64,000 nt of DNA from Babesia bigemina (taxonomy: Eukaryota): NCBI RefSeq assembly GCF_000981445.1, contig NC_027219.1, forward strand, positions 496,001 through 560,000, written 5' to 3'. Positions within the stretch are counted from its first letter, which is position 1, and every line of letters begins with the position of its first letter. Under the pieces are notes generated by a model. The model saw only the letters and a program-made list of their open reading frames with translations. It ran no database searches and was not told the DNA's origin. Below, piece after piece: positions 35,368 through 49,202 of the stretch. The translations under genes were made by a program, and so were the position numbers.

Positions 35368-36083
35368 CGCTCAATTAAAAAACACTCTACTCGCTCATAA
35401 AATCATTTTTTTACACTTTTGCTCCTAGAATTTCAACTTTTAGCGGGGCGTCGCGCAACAGGAATGAAAATTCCAATGCTGCCGTAGAAAAGCCCAATAA
35501 AAGGCGCTATAGCCAGACTTATACGCATCGCAAACGTTCACTTCTCATCCTTCTCTTTCGTCTTCCAGACATCAGAGAACTGGCTTCTAAGCACACATCC
35601 GCCGACGCCGCAGCGAAGCTAACGTCGGACTTGAAACACACGTCAGACGCAACGCGCAGATCCCACGAGTGTAACGGGCCATCCAGCGCACGTATAAGTT
35701 TGGCGAGTGGTTACCGAGTCCTTCGCAACACAACCGCAGAAAAACAACGACCTAGTAGAAAATGCGAGAATTGTATCCCGAAAACCAGCTAGGTCGTAGG
35801 AAGAACATTCTTGCTCATCATTGGTGACAAGAATTTATGAAAAGGATCGAAACAGGGTAGTGTGAGTATTGACAACCGTTCCGCAGGGGACGATCATCTT
35901 TTGTCTTCCAAGGCGCTACTTAACATCCGTGCACACGGTAGACAGCTCAAACTGCGCAGTTCGCCTGAGCCGCGTAAACTAAACTACCCCCCCAATTCAC
36001 GATTAATCTAAAACTTTGACACAAGGCGTCTACAAGCCGAGCCAAGCACCATCAGCCCAAGTAGTAACCGAACTCTAGAGAAA

Positions 36084-37579
36084 ATGGAAGATGCTCGCAA
36101 GGAAAAAATCCTGAAAGGCATCCACGCCTATTTCAATGCCTTCTACAAGCATGGATTGAGTCTCTTGGGTGACACTGAGGTTATGCCCCTCGATGTCCAG
36201 GAAACGAGGGCCCACCACGAGCAGGAGCTCTTGAAAGGGATGTACTGGGCGCTGTTTTCTCTCCACCTGCTTTACAACAGGTACAACATGGCCACCAAGG
36301 AACAACTGGAACACAACAGAGCGCAGGCTGAGCGCGAAAGTGAGCAGTCTGATGCCGAGGACAGTGACCTCGACATGAGCACCTATCACTACCCTCCCAT
36401 AGATTTTACGGAACCGCCCGATGAGGACGAAGATGATGCACCAGCAAGAGATGTTAACGCGTCCGACCTTGCGGCGGCGCTTAACGAGATGCAGCTGCTG
36501 CGCACAAGCAACCGCGTGCTCGGCGGACCTGAACTGGACACTAGCATACTCAAGGGGAAGGAAGTGGACATGGTTTTGAGGTTTCTCAAAGTATGCCAGA
36601 GGGAATTCGTGTACGATGACTACATGTTTCTGGGTTTCGCCAACTCCGACGACAGGAGGAGATTCACGGCTAACGTCACCAGCACACTCATGGCAATCAA
36701 CACCTACAGGGTCATCGGCGACAATTTGAGAACGAAATCAAGCATCAGTTTCCTCAAACATATGTCATGGATGTATCAGTGGGAGGAGATTCTTTCCTTT
36801 TTCAGCTTGCTGTACGTCAAAAACGAAGGATACTACAGGAAGTGCGTCATGCCGCAGACAGCACACTGCTCGGATATCAGACACACGGCGTCTGCCGTGC
36901 TGTCCACCTCTATGATCCTCAGGGTCTGCCAACACGCAACTCCCAACAGTATGAGGAGCGTTGAGGGATGGGTAAACGTCGAGGAAGTGACTGCGCACGT
37001 CCTGAAGCACTTCAACGATGACGGAGGAGTCGGACTCTCACCCGGCGCGGAAAGTCATTGCGGAGCGGCATTTTGTGCACTACTTATACTAACAATCTTG
37101 GGGAAAATCAAGGTAATAGACAGGAACCTCTTGGTCGGCCTCAGAAAGTAAGTTGATGCATGGATTAACCAGAACATTAAAATGTGTCTTTCGTTTACAT
37201 CGACAGTGAAATAGTGAAGATTTTATGATAACTGCGTTAATGGTTTTGCAGCTGGCTTGTCAAGCGTCTAGCCAACTTTGGGGGCGTATCTGGCAGGATC
37301 GGTAAATGCGAGGACATGTGCTACTCCTTCTGGATGCTCGCTGCGCTCGACCTCTTGAACAAGTGCGGAGTTCACTCGCAGATATTGAGGGGACGTGAAA
37401 TGATCAGGTTCATCGAGAAGTGCCAGACTCCCGGGGGAGGAATAGCCCCGTACCCATGCGAGCCGGGCGTGACTCCGCAGCCTGACCCCTACCACACGTT
37501 CGCGGCGCTCATGACGATCGCTTTCATTGAAGAAGAGAACCAGCAGACGGATATGCCACTGCTACAGATGCTCATCTGA
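36084..37579 (+). CDS. Protein prenyltransferase beta subunit (GGTase-like); 2 exons
   Basis: DGGVGLSPGAESHCGAAFCAL; GGVSGRIGKCEDMCYSFW (Zn DxC); GGIA...PDPYHT (Zn His). Intron ~37148-37251. Confidence 0.85.
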
Positions 37580-40500
37580 GCGACGTGAATGTGTGCGCCA
37601 GCCAAAAAGACAGAACGTTAACCACTATTTTCCCCATGCTGAACACTCCCTTGGGGTAGAAATCAGTCACAGCCTACAACTTAATCATATTACATCACAG
37701 CGCACCTACGCATTGGTTTCCCGACAGGGCGAACAGTATCCCCAGCGTTAACGTCAGCCGCGCCAACGCCAAAAAGGTGTACCTGTTGGTGGATGTCACA
37801 AAGCGTGCCTACAACTAACCCGGCCACGGACTCGAACGAGTCGCATGCTATCCACGAAGCCAAATCCGAATGGCTAAACTCCTTCGATTCGGTGGACTTG
37901 GCTGTTGCAGAGGCCTTCGGAGACGGCTTGTCGGCGCCTGTTTTAGCTGAGCCGGAAGTTGCGGTCTCGGAGAGCTTAGCCAGGTAGTCCCGCTCGCTCT
38001 CCGAGACAAACAGGTACTGCAGGGCGCAGATGGCGGTAATGTTGAATATGGCGAAAGCTAATGCCACTGCGATGTCGCACGGCAGGCCGACGTATGTGTC
38101 GAAGAACAAGAAGGCGGAGTCGAAGTCCAGCTGGAACAACGAATCCTGATGCCCGGCAACGAAGTACATCAGGTCGCAAAACAGCAGAAACACTACCGTG
38201 CACATCAAGCGACTGCGCACGCTCAGCTTCGCGAAAAGCGATGACGTATTGTAGAGGACCAGCGCGAAAGCGAACGCGCCGACCGCTTTCTTGGGGCCGT
38301 TCAGAAGCAATACCATCCACAACATGTTCGTCAGGAACCAAAAGAGGCGGTTTGAGCGGCTATGCGGCACGCCCTCTAGATTGTAAATGGTGCCCCGGAA
38401 GTCCAACGCCAGTGTGAGCCAGACCAGCATGGTGAGTACCGCCATGGCGCGTGCGCTGTACAGGGCGAGGAGAGTTTTTGCCACGACGGGATTGCGTACC
38501 TTTATCAGATGCATGCTCAGCCAGGAAACCACGCGGCGAGAGAAATAATGCCGTTCGCACTTCATCGCATAGTGGAGCATCAACAGCACGTATTGGATGG
38601 TCCACACCCCGCGCAGCAACGGTCTGTTCATTGGACTGCGGCGTATTGCCTTTAGTGGAAGACTCATCTCGGCAGCGTCGCCGCCGTTCACGGGGTGCCG
38701 CGTCAAACGCAGCAGGGTGAAGTAATACACAGTCAGCACCGCTGCTCCGCATTCAAACGTGCGGAACACATCGTTCACCTTGATGTACCACTGGGGCTCC
38801 ATGTTGCCGATGCTGCGGCACTCCTCGAAGCGGTGAATCAGATACGAAAACTTCAACACGAAACACAACACGCCGAAGTTCCGATACGCACCGTACAGAC
38901 GCAGCGACCCCGTGCGCTTCACCGCCGGAAACATGGCCATGTAGAGACTCAGAACGACGGCGTGACGCAACGCAGTGTCATGCGAGATAATGGCGCATTG
39001 GGACACGATCGTCTTTACAGCGAGAAGAACGTAGAGAATCACGGCCACAGCAACGGGGTTCACACCTGACATATGGGAGAGCAACTGCCTCAGCCCACCG
39101 TCATATCTGCCCTCGGGCAGCGGTTGAGCGAAGTGTTTCCGCTCACGGTACAGCAGCGCGAAGTTCCGAACGAAAAATGGCACGTCTAACAAGAAGCACA
39201 ATACAAACAACAAACATAAGTAGCACGCCAAATAAAACCATGGGCTTGGTGCCTCTATGTCGCACCACCTCTCAAAGGGCATGATGAAACGCTTGAGCAC
39301 GCTAGTAGCCAAGTGTCTAGGCACCGCGATGCCCGTAGGCACCTGCGCACTAACCTGGTCAATTTGAGCCGAAATGGCCCAAGCGGCAGCACCGGCCAGA
39401 ACCAACTTTATGAGCCCCCGCATCATAATCCGACCAATCGTAGGGAACTTCCGGGCCTCGAAAAAAACCAGCTCGTCTTCGGACAACTTCCGCACGTGGC
39501 AGATGCGGCACGCGACCAGCAACAAATACGCCGACAATAGACACGCTATGGCCATAAACAGGGTCGAAAGGACCATATACTCCGGGGTCAGAAAGACGTT
39601 GGTTGCAACGATCATCTGCTTGGTGGCTGCTATCAGGCGCTCGCACTGCCTGATGTAGGAGTTGCATATATCCACCATCGCCGCGGGCTCCACCTGGTCG
39701 CGGCCCATGCTGCGCACGAAGCTGTAGTAGTGCGACAGAACCTTACGTTCGCGGACGACCGCAGCGTACTTGCATTTGTGTTTCTGCTTCTCGGAATCCG
39801 GTATCGTCGTGTCGACGGCGCGCAACGCGTTATGCGCAACCACGTGAAGCAGCTGCGTCAGGTACTTCACCGAAAGGAGCTTGTTCACGTTGCCGCGCGC
39901 GTCCTTTATGAGCGGCACTATCTCCTTAATGATGCTGCCCTCCGAGTGGAAGGGCACGGGCCTGTTCATTAACAGGCACAGGGAGCTGGCCACGTTAATG
40001 TGCGCCGACTTGTTCACGGGGTAGCTCAGGGACACGCGGCCGTTCAGCACGTTGTGTTCCCTGGCGTACCCGGTGGGCGCGTCGTTGAGATCGCACATGT
40101 CACTCGTTACCCGGCGCAGCTCGAGGTCGGACGTAACGAACAAAAACGAGTCCACCTCCTCCTTGGTGGCGCCACCGTGGGAGCCGTTCGTCTTCTGCCC
40201 GTGGTCGCCCAACACATACACCATTACATTCGACTTCTCAAAGGCGCGCGTGATGATTTGACGGATGAACGCGTCGTAGTCGTCCAGGTAGTAGGTCATA
40301 TCCGCGCTGACACGCTTACCGCTGTGACCCAGGTGGTCGATGGCGAGCAAATGCAGGACGTTGACGTCGCACTGGTCCAGGAACTCCGCATAGTGCGAGC
40401 TTACCAGGGAGTCGGGGAACACCATGTCGTAAATGTCTATGCCCTTGCCTGTGTGCTTCATGAACACGCGCTCGGGGCCCAGCAGATCATAAGAAATCAC

Positions 40501-41321
40501 ATCGCCTAGCAAACGTTTGCGTTGACGCCAAAATGAACGTACCCAGTAGACACAACTTGTCGCCGTTGTGCGCCAACTGGTTGCCGAAGTTGTCAATCTC
40601 CAGCTGCACCGCAGTTGCGGCCCCTACCACCTGCCACTGGTCACACGGGAGGAATGCACGAACGTACCATGTTGCCGCGGCGAGATTCGCCCGTGAACAA
40701 ACATTTGAAGGAGAAAGTTGTGAATGTTGGCGTTGGGGCCTCGAAGCGGAAGAAACGGCTGTAGTTGCGGGTGGTTGGCGAGTGCAGGTAGTCGTGGTAC
40801 AGCGGCATGTGGTTGGTGAACACCGCGCGAGGCTCCCCAGGCTTCAGAGTGGGGTCATACAGCGCGTAGTCGACGCGCGCGCCGTCAACAACCACGATAA
40901 CCGACGAGTCTATGGGCGTATACGACAGCCAACCAGCAGGCATGTCGCCGCCGACCGTGAAACTGCAATTATTTGAACCGGGGAGGAGCGAAACATACCG
41001 CTTAGGCGCCACATAGTCGAAAACCTTGCCGCGGCCCGAGACGTAAGTCTCGTACTCGGGAGCTACTCGGCGCCAGCATGTCTCCGGGCTGCCCCGGGAC
41101 CCTTGCACGGATGACTTCTGTGACACATTGCTGTCGAGCTCGAACTCCTCGAATAAGCTCGGGAACGGTAGCACGAAGCGGTCGGATATGTACGGTTTGA
41201 ATGTGTTCTTGCCATCGAGGTTTAGAGTGAATAGAATCACAGACAAGGTTGCGAAGGCAAAGATGGAAACGACCAAAGACACCACCAACAGTCCACACCC
41301 CTTACCGCCGAACATACCCAT
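37572..41321 (-). CDS. PIGO: GPI ethanolamine-phosphate transferase (PIG-O/PIG-G family); multi-exon
   Basis: N-terminal TM; VIVVVDGARVDY, PTFTT...KCLFTG, HLLAIDHLGH, GDHGQ...SHGG; many C-terminal TMs with YFVAGHQ and terminal FYPKGVF. Start could be 41444. Confidence 0.85.
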
Positions 41322-41536
41322 CACTGATGTGTGCCAGAAGCGCCCGGAAAAAAAGTGCCGCCGCCGCAAAGAAGACACTCGCGTATATCGCCACGGCGAC
41401 ACCCCCATAGCAAACGCCACTTTGCGACCGAGACTAAGCCGCATTTGCAGAAATAACGCCAGCGAATAAATAGGTGCACGTGTTTGTGGCGACGTGGTGA
41501 TGGCAGGCTTAGGAATCCGCGCAGAGGGGTCTCAAG

Positions 41537-42040
41537 ATGGGACGCAGAGCGTCCTTCGCACATATGTTCACGCAAGTCCCTAAGCGGACGCACCTAGTCA
41601 TAGCCACCATCGTCGTCGGGATCATGACCAACTACATGGGCCGCAAAACCATCAGAAAGATGCAGAACGCCAACCTGGCGGCGAACATGGAGAAGTACCG
41701 CGGAGACCCGCCGAACTGGTCGTGCTTCTACCACGCAAAGCAGTACCGCGAGGAATGCTCCGATTACAACATGTAAGCGACGTTGTGTGTGATGAAATGT
41801 TGCAACTGTATGGCGGAATGCCGTGGAAGACTCGCCGAACTGCACTCATTGCTGTGCAGACTGATGGGTGGCGACTACATCGAGCGCATATGCACGAACC
41901 TGGAAGCTAAAATGCGTGACTGCCAGAAAATGCTGGCGAAGGAAATTGAAGGCTGCCGGCCCTACGCCATGGACGCCGCCATCGAAGTCGACAATTCACA
42001 GCCTTGGCTCGTGAAATCCACAGGTTCCGGCGCTGCGTAA
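41537..42040 (+). CDS. TM-anchored twin CX10C/CX9C protein (putative mitochondrial intermembrane space); intron 41773-41859
   Basis: Two ORF-track fragments join in frame: ...LVIATIVVGIMTNYMG...NWSCFYHAKQYREECSDYNI|LMGGDYIERICTNLEAKMRDCQK... Confidence 0.65.
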
Positions 42041-42198
42041 AGGCCGACGCACAGCGGTTAAGCAAACGTCATTAAAACCCACCGATGCGATTAAATGTAA
42101 ATTTTAGGTGAAATGTGTGCCTTCCTTCCCATCATCCGGGTGTAGACATACCCAGGGATGTGTGGCGGCTGCGCCGTCGGCCTAAGCCAGTGGAAAAA

Positions 42199-44227
42199 AT
42201 GGAAGCGTTCATGCTTGTCGCCGACGACGGGCTGCCTTTCGAGCCTCTGGCCTCGGAGGTGCCTGTATGCGACCTCTACCTAGGTCACAACTCCATCTTC
42301 CACGAAACGCTCGAAAACCTTTGGGGAAGCGGCATTACGCGCGTATCGCTGGTGGTAGAAAAAAACAAGGAGAGCCTATACAAAAAGTACGAGCGGAAGT
42401 ACCAATTCGGACGTCGACAAGGCCACGTCGACGTCGCCGTGCTCGCGCTCAATGTGGACAAGGTTCTCCCGGGAAACGTGATACGGGAGCTCACGGCAGT
42501 GCTGGGTGGGCTGGAAGACTTCGTCATGGTGAGTGTGCGGCACGGCTAGAACACTGACGCGGTGCAGCTATACTGGAACACGCTGCTGACGATACCGCTC
42601 TTCGACGCGCTGGAGCTGCATCAATCCAGGACAAAGGAACGCCAGCGCTACTCCATGAGTGTGCTGTACTTCGAAGATGACCGCCAGAAGAGGTATGGGT
42701 GTGACAGTCGGATCTCACAAGGCGTGCAGGTTCAGCAAGCTCGTCGACGACTGCATGATCATCCTCAACGCTCAGTCTGAGATTTTGGCCTACGGACCGG
42801 GTGCTGACGACCTGGAGATCAATAAGGAGTGGCTGCGGAGATGCGGCAACAGCACGCAATTTTCGCTTAGATACGACCTCTGCAGGACTGGCATATACAT
42901 CTGCAATAAACAGGTGGCCGAGCATTTCGGCAACTGGTACGAACACCAGGAGATGGACGAGTACATCGTGGACTGCCTGAACAGGGAGTTCAAAACCGAC
43001 GAAGTGTACGCCACTATCCTCAAGGCCGACATCATGTTCCCGACGTACCCCCCGGCAATCAGAATCGAGACACCCAAGGACTACCACACCGTTTTCATGG
43101 AGTACATCAAGAGGTTCGAGGGAGACGAGGCGCCGTCGCAAAAGCTCACGGCTACCCACAATCCGCAGTGTGGGCCTCTGGTTCATGAGGGGGTTGTGGT
43201 CAGCAAAAACAACATCGTGGGGAAGAACGTCAAGGTGGGAGAGGGGTCAGACATCAGCCGCTGCATCATCTTCGACGATGTGACCATAGGCGCTGAATGC
43301 TCAATACATGACTCCATCATCATGAACGGGGTTGTCATCGAGGATGCCACCGTCATCCCCTCTGGGTCGATCGTCTGCTCCAACGCCAATGTCACACGCG
43401 ACATGGTTAAAGGACTGACGCACGGCCTCAGAGCATCCAAAATGCCGACGAGGTACATAGACCTTACGACGCCAGAGGGGGAGCGGCAGTCACTGCTGGA
43501 ACAAGGCGACGGCGTCCACGTATGGCCCGTGCACGCCTTCGGCAAACTTGAGGACACCTACATCGGCAAGTCGTTCTACGACTTGGTTGATTTCAAGGTC
43601 CCATCGCAGCAATCCACTGCCCTGGGAAGTGATGACGAATCGAACGATGAGGAGGATGAACGGGAGGGATCGAGACGACGGTCGGACGATCTTGACTCTG
43701 ATGACGAGGCGTCGCTCAGCGACAGCGAATCGTCCGATATCTACGACGAGACCACGAACCCTCAAAAGCTGATGAAGGACGACGTCGCAGAGGAGTTCAA
43801 AACACTGATTGTAGAGTGCCTGGAAGCGCCCTCGCAACTCCCGAACAAGGTACTCGAAATCAAGAGCCTCAAAATCAGCCATAACCTGAAAAAGGCCGAC
43901 ATGGTCAAGGCCACCCTGATATATGCGCTCGAATGGGTGGTCGAGCGCGCCAGCGACGAAGGGCAGCTCCAGGGACTCATCGAGGCGGCACAACTCAAGG
44001 AATTACTGGACACATTCGAGCACGAAATGGACGAACTGGACCACTACGACGACATTTTTAGGGCGTGCTCAGAAAAGCAAAAGGACGTGGAGTTTTTCTC
44101 GTACCTTTGCGAGGCACTGTACCACTCAGACATCATGGAATTCGAGATGCTGCACGACTGGCTAACCAGGAACGGAATATCCGGGTCACGCATAAACTCC
44201 TTCGCCCAGTGGCTGGCGGAAGAATAA
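42199..44227 (+). CDS. EIF2B5: Translation initiation factor eIF2B epsilon subunit; 3 exons
   Basis: Nucleotidyltransferase-like N-domain (AFMLVAD..FEPL, RYDLCRTGIYIC), hexapeptide repeats, acidic linker, W2 domain (LEIKSLKISHN, ALYHSDIM, FAQWLAEE). Confidence 0.85.
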
Positions 44228-44335
44228 ACTCGTAGCACATATAATGCTTACACACCCAGACAGCTGGCGCATCACTCCTGCGATGGGGGCTCGGCGCCAA
44301 GGACGCGGCAGATTCACTCACTGAACTGTGACAAA

Positions 44336-46572
44336 ATGGCGGAAACAATGAAGACCGAAGAATTATACAAGCTGCTGCAACGCCTCGGGCTGAGGTATAC
44401 CGTAAGTCCGACCTACAGTGGCGGCGAACGTGGTTGCAGGAATACAAGCATCAGCCGATGATGGCGGTCAAACAGAGCCTGGAAGACCCTATTTTCCAGG
44501 GCAAGTACGACATCATCGTGAAAAACCTCTGGCTCCGAGACGAGGCAAAGCGGTTCTACCTGCTCACCGCGCTCCATGTATGTCTGGTACACATTCCTCC
44601 CAAAAGGCGCAGGACACCAAGATAGATTTCAAGTTCCTCAGCAAGCAGGTCAAAGTGAAGCACCTGCGCATGGGCCCGGAAGAGATGATGGAAGGTATAG
44701 TGGGAATGAAACGCGGCCACCTCAACCCCTTCGCCATTGTAAACGACAAAAAGTAGGTGGCGCGAAACAGGAGACTGACAGTCACGCAGCAATGAAGTCA
44801 AAGTGCTGTTGGACGAGCGCATCAAGGGGAAGGCAGAGATCATGGCACATGCGCTGCACAACGCTACAAGCATATGCATTTCACCGGACGACCTGGTGCG
44901 ATTCCTCCAGGAGCACGGGCATGAGCCCACCTTTGTGGTAACAGCGGGCGAAGAGGAGGCTGCGCCGGTTGCTGAGGCTCCCGCGCCCGCCACAACGGAC
45001 AAGGAAGGGCACATCCTTGGTGTGACCGTCAAGAAAAGTGCTAACTTCTCCGAGTGGTACACGCAGGCCATCGTTCGCGGTGGAATGGTCGAATACTACG
45101 ACATATCTGGTTGCTACATATACCTGCCGAGCAGCTACTTCATGTGGGAAGTTTTCCAGGAGTGGTTCAACCAGGCCATCAAGAAGGTGGGTAAACACGC
45201 AAGCCCGTAGCAATTCGTTCAGGAGGGCGTGGAAAACTGCTACTTCCCGATGTTTGTGTCAAAGGCCAAGCTGGAAACCGAAAAGAGCCATGTTGAAGGG
45301 TTCAGCGCCGAAGTGGCGTGGGTCACCAAATATGGCGACTCGGACCTCGCCGACCCCGTTGCCATCAGGCCCACCAGCGAAACCATAATGTATGCGGAGT
45401 ACGCAAAGTGGATTCGTTCGCACAGGGATCTGCCACTCAAGCTCAACCAGTGGTGCTCGGTGGTGAGGTGGGAGTTCAAGCAGCCCACGCCGTTCCTGAG
45501 AAGCCGCGAATTCCTGTGGCAGGAGGGCCACACCGCGCACAAAAGCGAGGAGGAAGCCATGAACATGGTCATGACCTCGCTCAACTTGTACAAGAAGTAC
45601 TACGAGGAGTACCTGGCAGTCCCAGTCATCCCCGGTGAAAAGAGTGTAGAGGAGAGGTTCGCAGGGGGTAAAACCACCATGACCGTGGAAGCCTATATTC
45701 CAGGCAGCGGCAGGGGTATACAGGCGGCGACGTCACACCTCCTCGGCACGAACTTCGCCAAAATGTTCGGGATTATATTCGAGGACGAAAACGGAACTAA
45801 GCAGTTTGCTCATCAAACCAGCTGGGGTTTCACCACTAGGAGCCTGGGTATATCGATTATGATCCACGGCGATGACCAGGGGCTCGTTATACCGCCGAAG
45901 GTATCGAAGGTGCAGGTGGTCATAGTGCCCATCATCAGCAAGAAGGAAATGCAAAAACAGATCATGGACGTGGCAAACGAGGTCTTCGCCAGGCTCAAAC
46001 AGGCAGGCGTCAGGACGCACCTTGACGACCGCGTCGGATATACACCCGGGTTCAAGTTTAACCACTGGGAACTAAGGGGCGTCCCAATTAGGATCGAAAT
46101 CGGCGCCAGGGATGTCGAGTCCAAGAGCTGCCGCGTATGCTGCAGGTTCAACGGGCGGAAGACAGACATGAAATTGGACGAAATCGAAATAAACATACCC
46201 CAGACCTTGGAAACCATACAACGGGAAATGTTCGAGAAGGCGAAGAAAGAGATGGACCAGGCCATTGCCAGGGTCATGGACTTCGAGGGCGTCATGCCGG
46301 CACTCAACGACCTGAAGTTGGTACTGGCCCCATGGTAGGTGACGCCAAAGATGCGCGCGTATTCAACATCGTTCAGGTGCGAGGACCCGGCAACGGAGGG
46401 TGAAATCAAGGCGGAAACCCAGAGGCTGTCGCAGGAAAACAGCGACGGCAGGACAGGCGGTATGAAATGCCTGTGTCTCCCCTTGGACCAGCCCGAGATG
46501 CCGGAAGGCACTAAGTGCTTCTGGACCGGCAAACCTGCCACGAGGTGGGCGCTCTTCGGGCGCAGCTACTGA
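44336..46572 (+). CDS. PRS: Cytosolic prolyl-tRNA synthetase with N-terminal YbaK/ProX editing domain; multi-exon
   Basis: KNLWLRD (ProX), [54 protein letters not shown]-terminal ALFGRSY. Confidence 0.96.
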
Positions 46573-46890
46573 GCGAGTCCCTGTACGTCGGGTCAACCCG
46601 CGGATAACAGCACTCTTAATATCATTACTCCAGCTACGACACACATTTCTCGTTTATTTCTCTCAACTTAGCGCGAACAACACGTACATTAGACGGCAAA
46701 ACAATATTGATTAAGGAGACATTGTCTGATAACATCTCTACCGACGTTCCTGACGCCGTGTAGGCGGTTATATGTTGCGCTGACGTATCAGCGCCGATAC
46801 CACGCAAGGGCAGCCAACATAGAGCTATGTACACTGAAAAGAACTGCATAAATTAAGCGAATGTTAGCCGGCGTGATGATGCACCCCTCC

Positions 46891-48453
46891 CTAGCCTGCG
46901 CCCTCAACGCAGCGCACAACCAAGTCCATACACACTGGGAGTGCCAGGCACAACACAGTGTGGATTGGCAGCAACGATATCCTGAACGACGAAGCCAACC
47001 AGCGCGCTGCACCAGCAAGCACGAAGTTCAAGGCCACGACTGTTTGTGACCTGAAGCTGCAGCAGTTACCAAGCATGAGACCACGAATTATCGGCGACAG
47101 CAACGTCAAATACGAGAAGTAGAGTCGCGACAAAATGTTCGGCAGCAGGAAAACGAGCAGGTGGGGCATTAACGTCAGCCAGCGCAGAGCCGACGCAAGG
47201 CCCTTGAAGCCCGCGAAACGATCAGTAGCCGAGGGGAACAATAGTGATATGGCGGAGCGAATGCGGGTGCCATAATCTTGCATAAATCCTCCAGATCTTC
47301 TCTGGCTAGAAATGCGGCTGCTCAGGATTCGTGGCCAACCCACCGCAAGGTTCACCGCGGTGTCTATAGAGACGACGATCAGCGTCTTTACCCTGCCCAA
47401 AGGAGACACAACTAAATCCCGGTTGAACCACTTTGCGATGGCGCAATGCAGCACCATTAGCACAGACATGAAACACATGATGTGCTGGATGTAGAAGGGG
47501 CGTAGCAAAAAGGAGCCTATCAATGGAACCATTGCGAAAATCTGAAGAAGCGTAGATATAATGAACAGGTCGATGAGGCACCCCATTTCATGTGCAATGC
47601 CTGTTGAGCTCTCGGGTTTCTCAACAATCTTCAGAGTTGGGCAGAACAGCAGCCGGTAGCGCCGAAACAGCATGCTCAGAAGCCATAGGGGTGGAAGATG
47701 GCTACCAAAGAAAACCGTCAGCTGGCGCTGCGATGATCGCTTGAGAAACATCGCGGCGCAGTAGTATAAACTCGATGCCAGCCCTAGCGGAATTACGCAC
47801 CTTAAACCCCGACGTCCCAAACCGATCCTTATTGACGCTATAGCGCAGAATATTCCTGACGCGCATATCAACACATGGCGCTCACGAAGCGATATGACAG
47901 ACCAGACGTGAACAAAGGAGGCGTAGAGATAGCACCCAAACTTGTAGCTGGCCCGCATGGCATGTAGCGGCGAATTCCAGTCCACATGCCGCAAGGCACG
48001 AAACAGCAACGACAACGCATCGCAGAGCAGTCTAACGTGTCGCACCCATATAATGTAGCACAGGATTACGGTATAAACCGCCAACGTAAACAAACTCAGC
48101 GTAAGACATAACGCCTCAAGCCACAGGGGAGGCGCTGATGCGGCAACAGCCTCCGGGAGTGCTGCCCGGCGGACATCGGTTACAGCGTCGGGATTCCACA
48201 AATATTTGTTGGTCTGAGTGCAGTTTGTGGCTCCGAAAACGGTACTCACCCAAAAACTGGAGAACGATAGGTTGCACGACCCAGCGCGAAGGCAAGCAAT
48301 ATTCGCCTCGTTGGACCTCCAAAACGCAGACACATCTTCGAGCGATACCACTGGCATATGCCTCCACAGCCAATCGTACGTGGTCAGCAGACAAACCGAA
48401 AGGCACGTTACCAGAACCAGAAACCTGGCGAGGCTACGGGTAACGCCAAACAT
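46891..48453 (-). CDS. Hypothetical polytopic membrane protein, 520 aa
   Basis: Long intact ORF with many hydrophobic segments; no recognised family. Confidence 0.7.
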   Translation of the reverse strand: MFGVTRSLARFLVLVTCLSVCLLTTYDWLWRHMPVVSLEDVSAFWRSNEANIACLRAGSCNLSFSSFWVSTVFGATNCTQTNKYLWNPDAVTDVRRAALPEAVAASAPPLWLEALCLTLSLFTLAVYTVILCYIIWVRHVRLLCDALSLLFRALRHVDWNSPLHAMRASYKFGCYLYASFVHVWSVISLRERHVLICASGIFCAIASIRIGLGRRGLRCVIPLGLASSLYYCAAMFLKRSSQRQLTVFFGSHLPPLWLLSMLFRRYRLLFCPTLKIVEKPESSTGIAHEMGCLIDLFIISTLLQIFAMVPLIGSFLLRPFYIQHIMCFMSVLMVLHCAIAKWFNRDLVVSPLGRVKTLIVVSIDTAVNLAVGWPRILSSRISSQRRSGGFMQDYGTRIRSAISLLFPSATDRFAGFKGLASALRWLTLMPHLLVFLLPNILSRLYFSYLTLLSPIIRGLMLGNCCSFRSQTVVALNFVLAGAARWLASSFRISLLPIHTVLCLALPVCMDLVVRCVEGAG

Positions 48454-49202
48454 CGTTCATCGCTGGCAGATGCCACCCGCATATTGAGCAGAAATGTCGA
48501 AATGCCTTTTCGATAAATTAATTGTGTTGCTACTGCCCGTTACATAATGGCGCCTGCCACGCGGCACGCTCTGCGGTGATTCTCAAGACCATAAACAAAC
48601 TCTTGGGATGTGTAGCCTCCCAAGCGAAAATACTCGCATATAAAACCAATGCGTCCCTGCTTAACTTAGGTGTGTACGTTGTTTGTGTGTCAAAGCTGGA
48701 CAATCGCCGGCGGTGGGACTGAGGAGAAACATGTCGACGCGCCGGCACAAGGGCACCTAGACTGACACACACCGGCACTTTAATGTGCCTATCTTCCGGC
48801 GCTCTACGTACCCTGGTTCAAATCGTACATCGCCGGCGCGGCGGCTTCCGCGATGTCGGAAATACGGTGGCACGGTTGCACTGGGTGCATAACCACCGAT
48901 GTCGTAATTTGGGTGCTGAAGGCTGGGCTCGACAACTCACAAACCACATGCCCTTTAAATGCAGTCTTGTGAAAATTATCCGGAGCACTAGGCTACACAT
49001 CGGTGACCATGGCCGCATTATAAAAGACTATACGCCATCTCACGTAAGGCTCCTATGCCAATGTAGCGCGCTGAGGCACGTAAAATTACATTACACATCA
49101 ACTAAATGCGGTAAAACAAGCGTTCAGGCATCGAGTAATAATCCGTCGGTGAGAGATTGACACACGCTGCAACTACGACATCAACGACATCGTATACACG
49201 AT

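Noticed and set aside
41789..41864. GTGATGA C-box in the 87-nt intron of the CX9C gene
   Set aside because: The nearest CTGA falls in the next exon, the internal CCGA gives a very short RNA, and no clean rRNA or snRNA complement was recognised.
46634..46849. 71-aa minus-strand ORF with a signal-like start
   Set aside because: Short, squeezed into the 3' regions of two convergent genes, with no motif or splice support.
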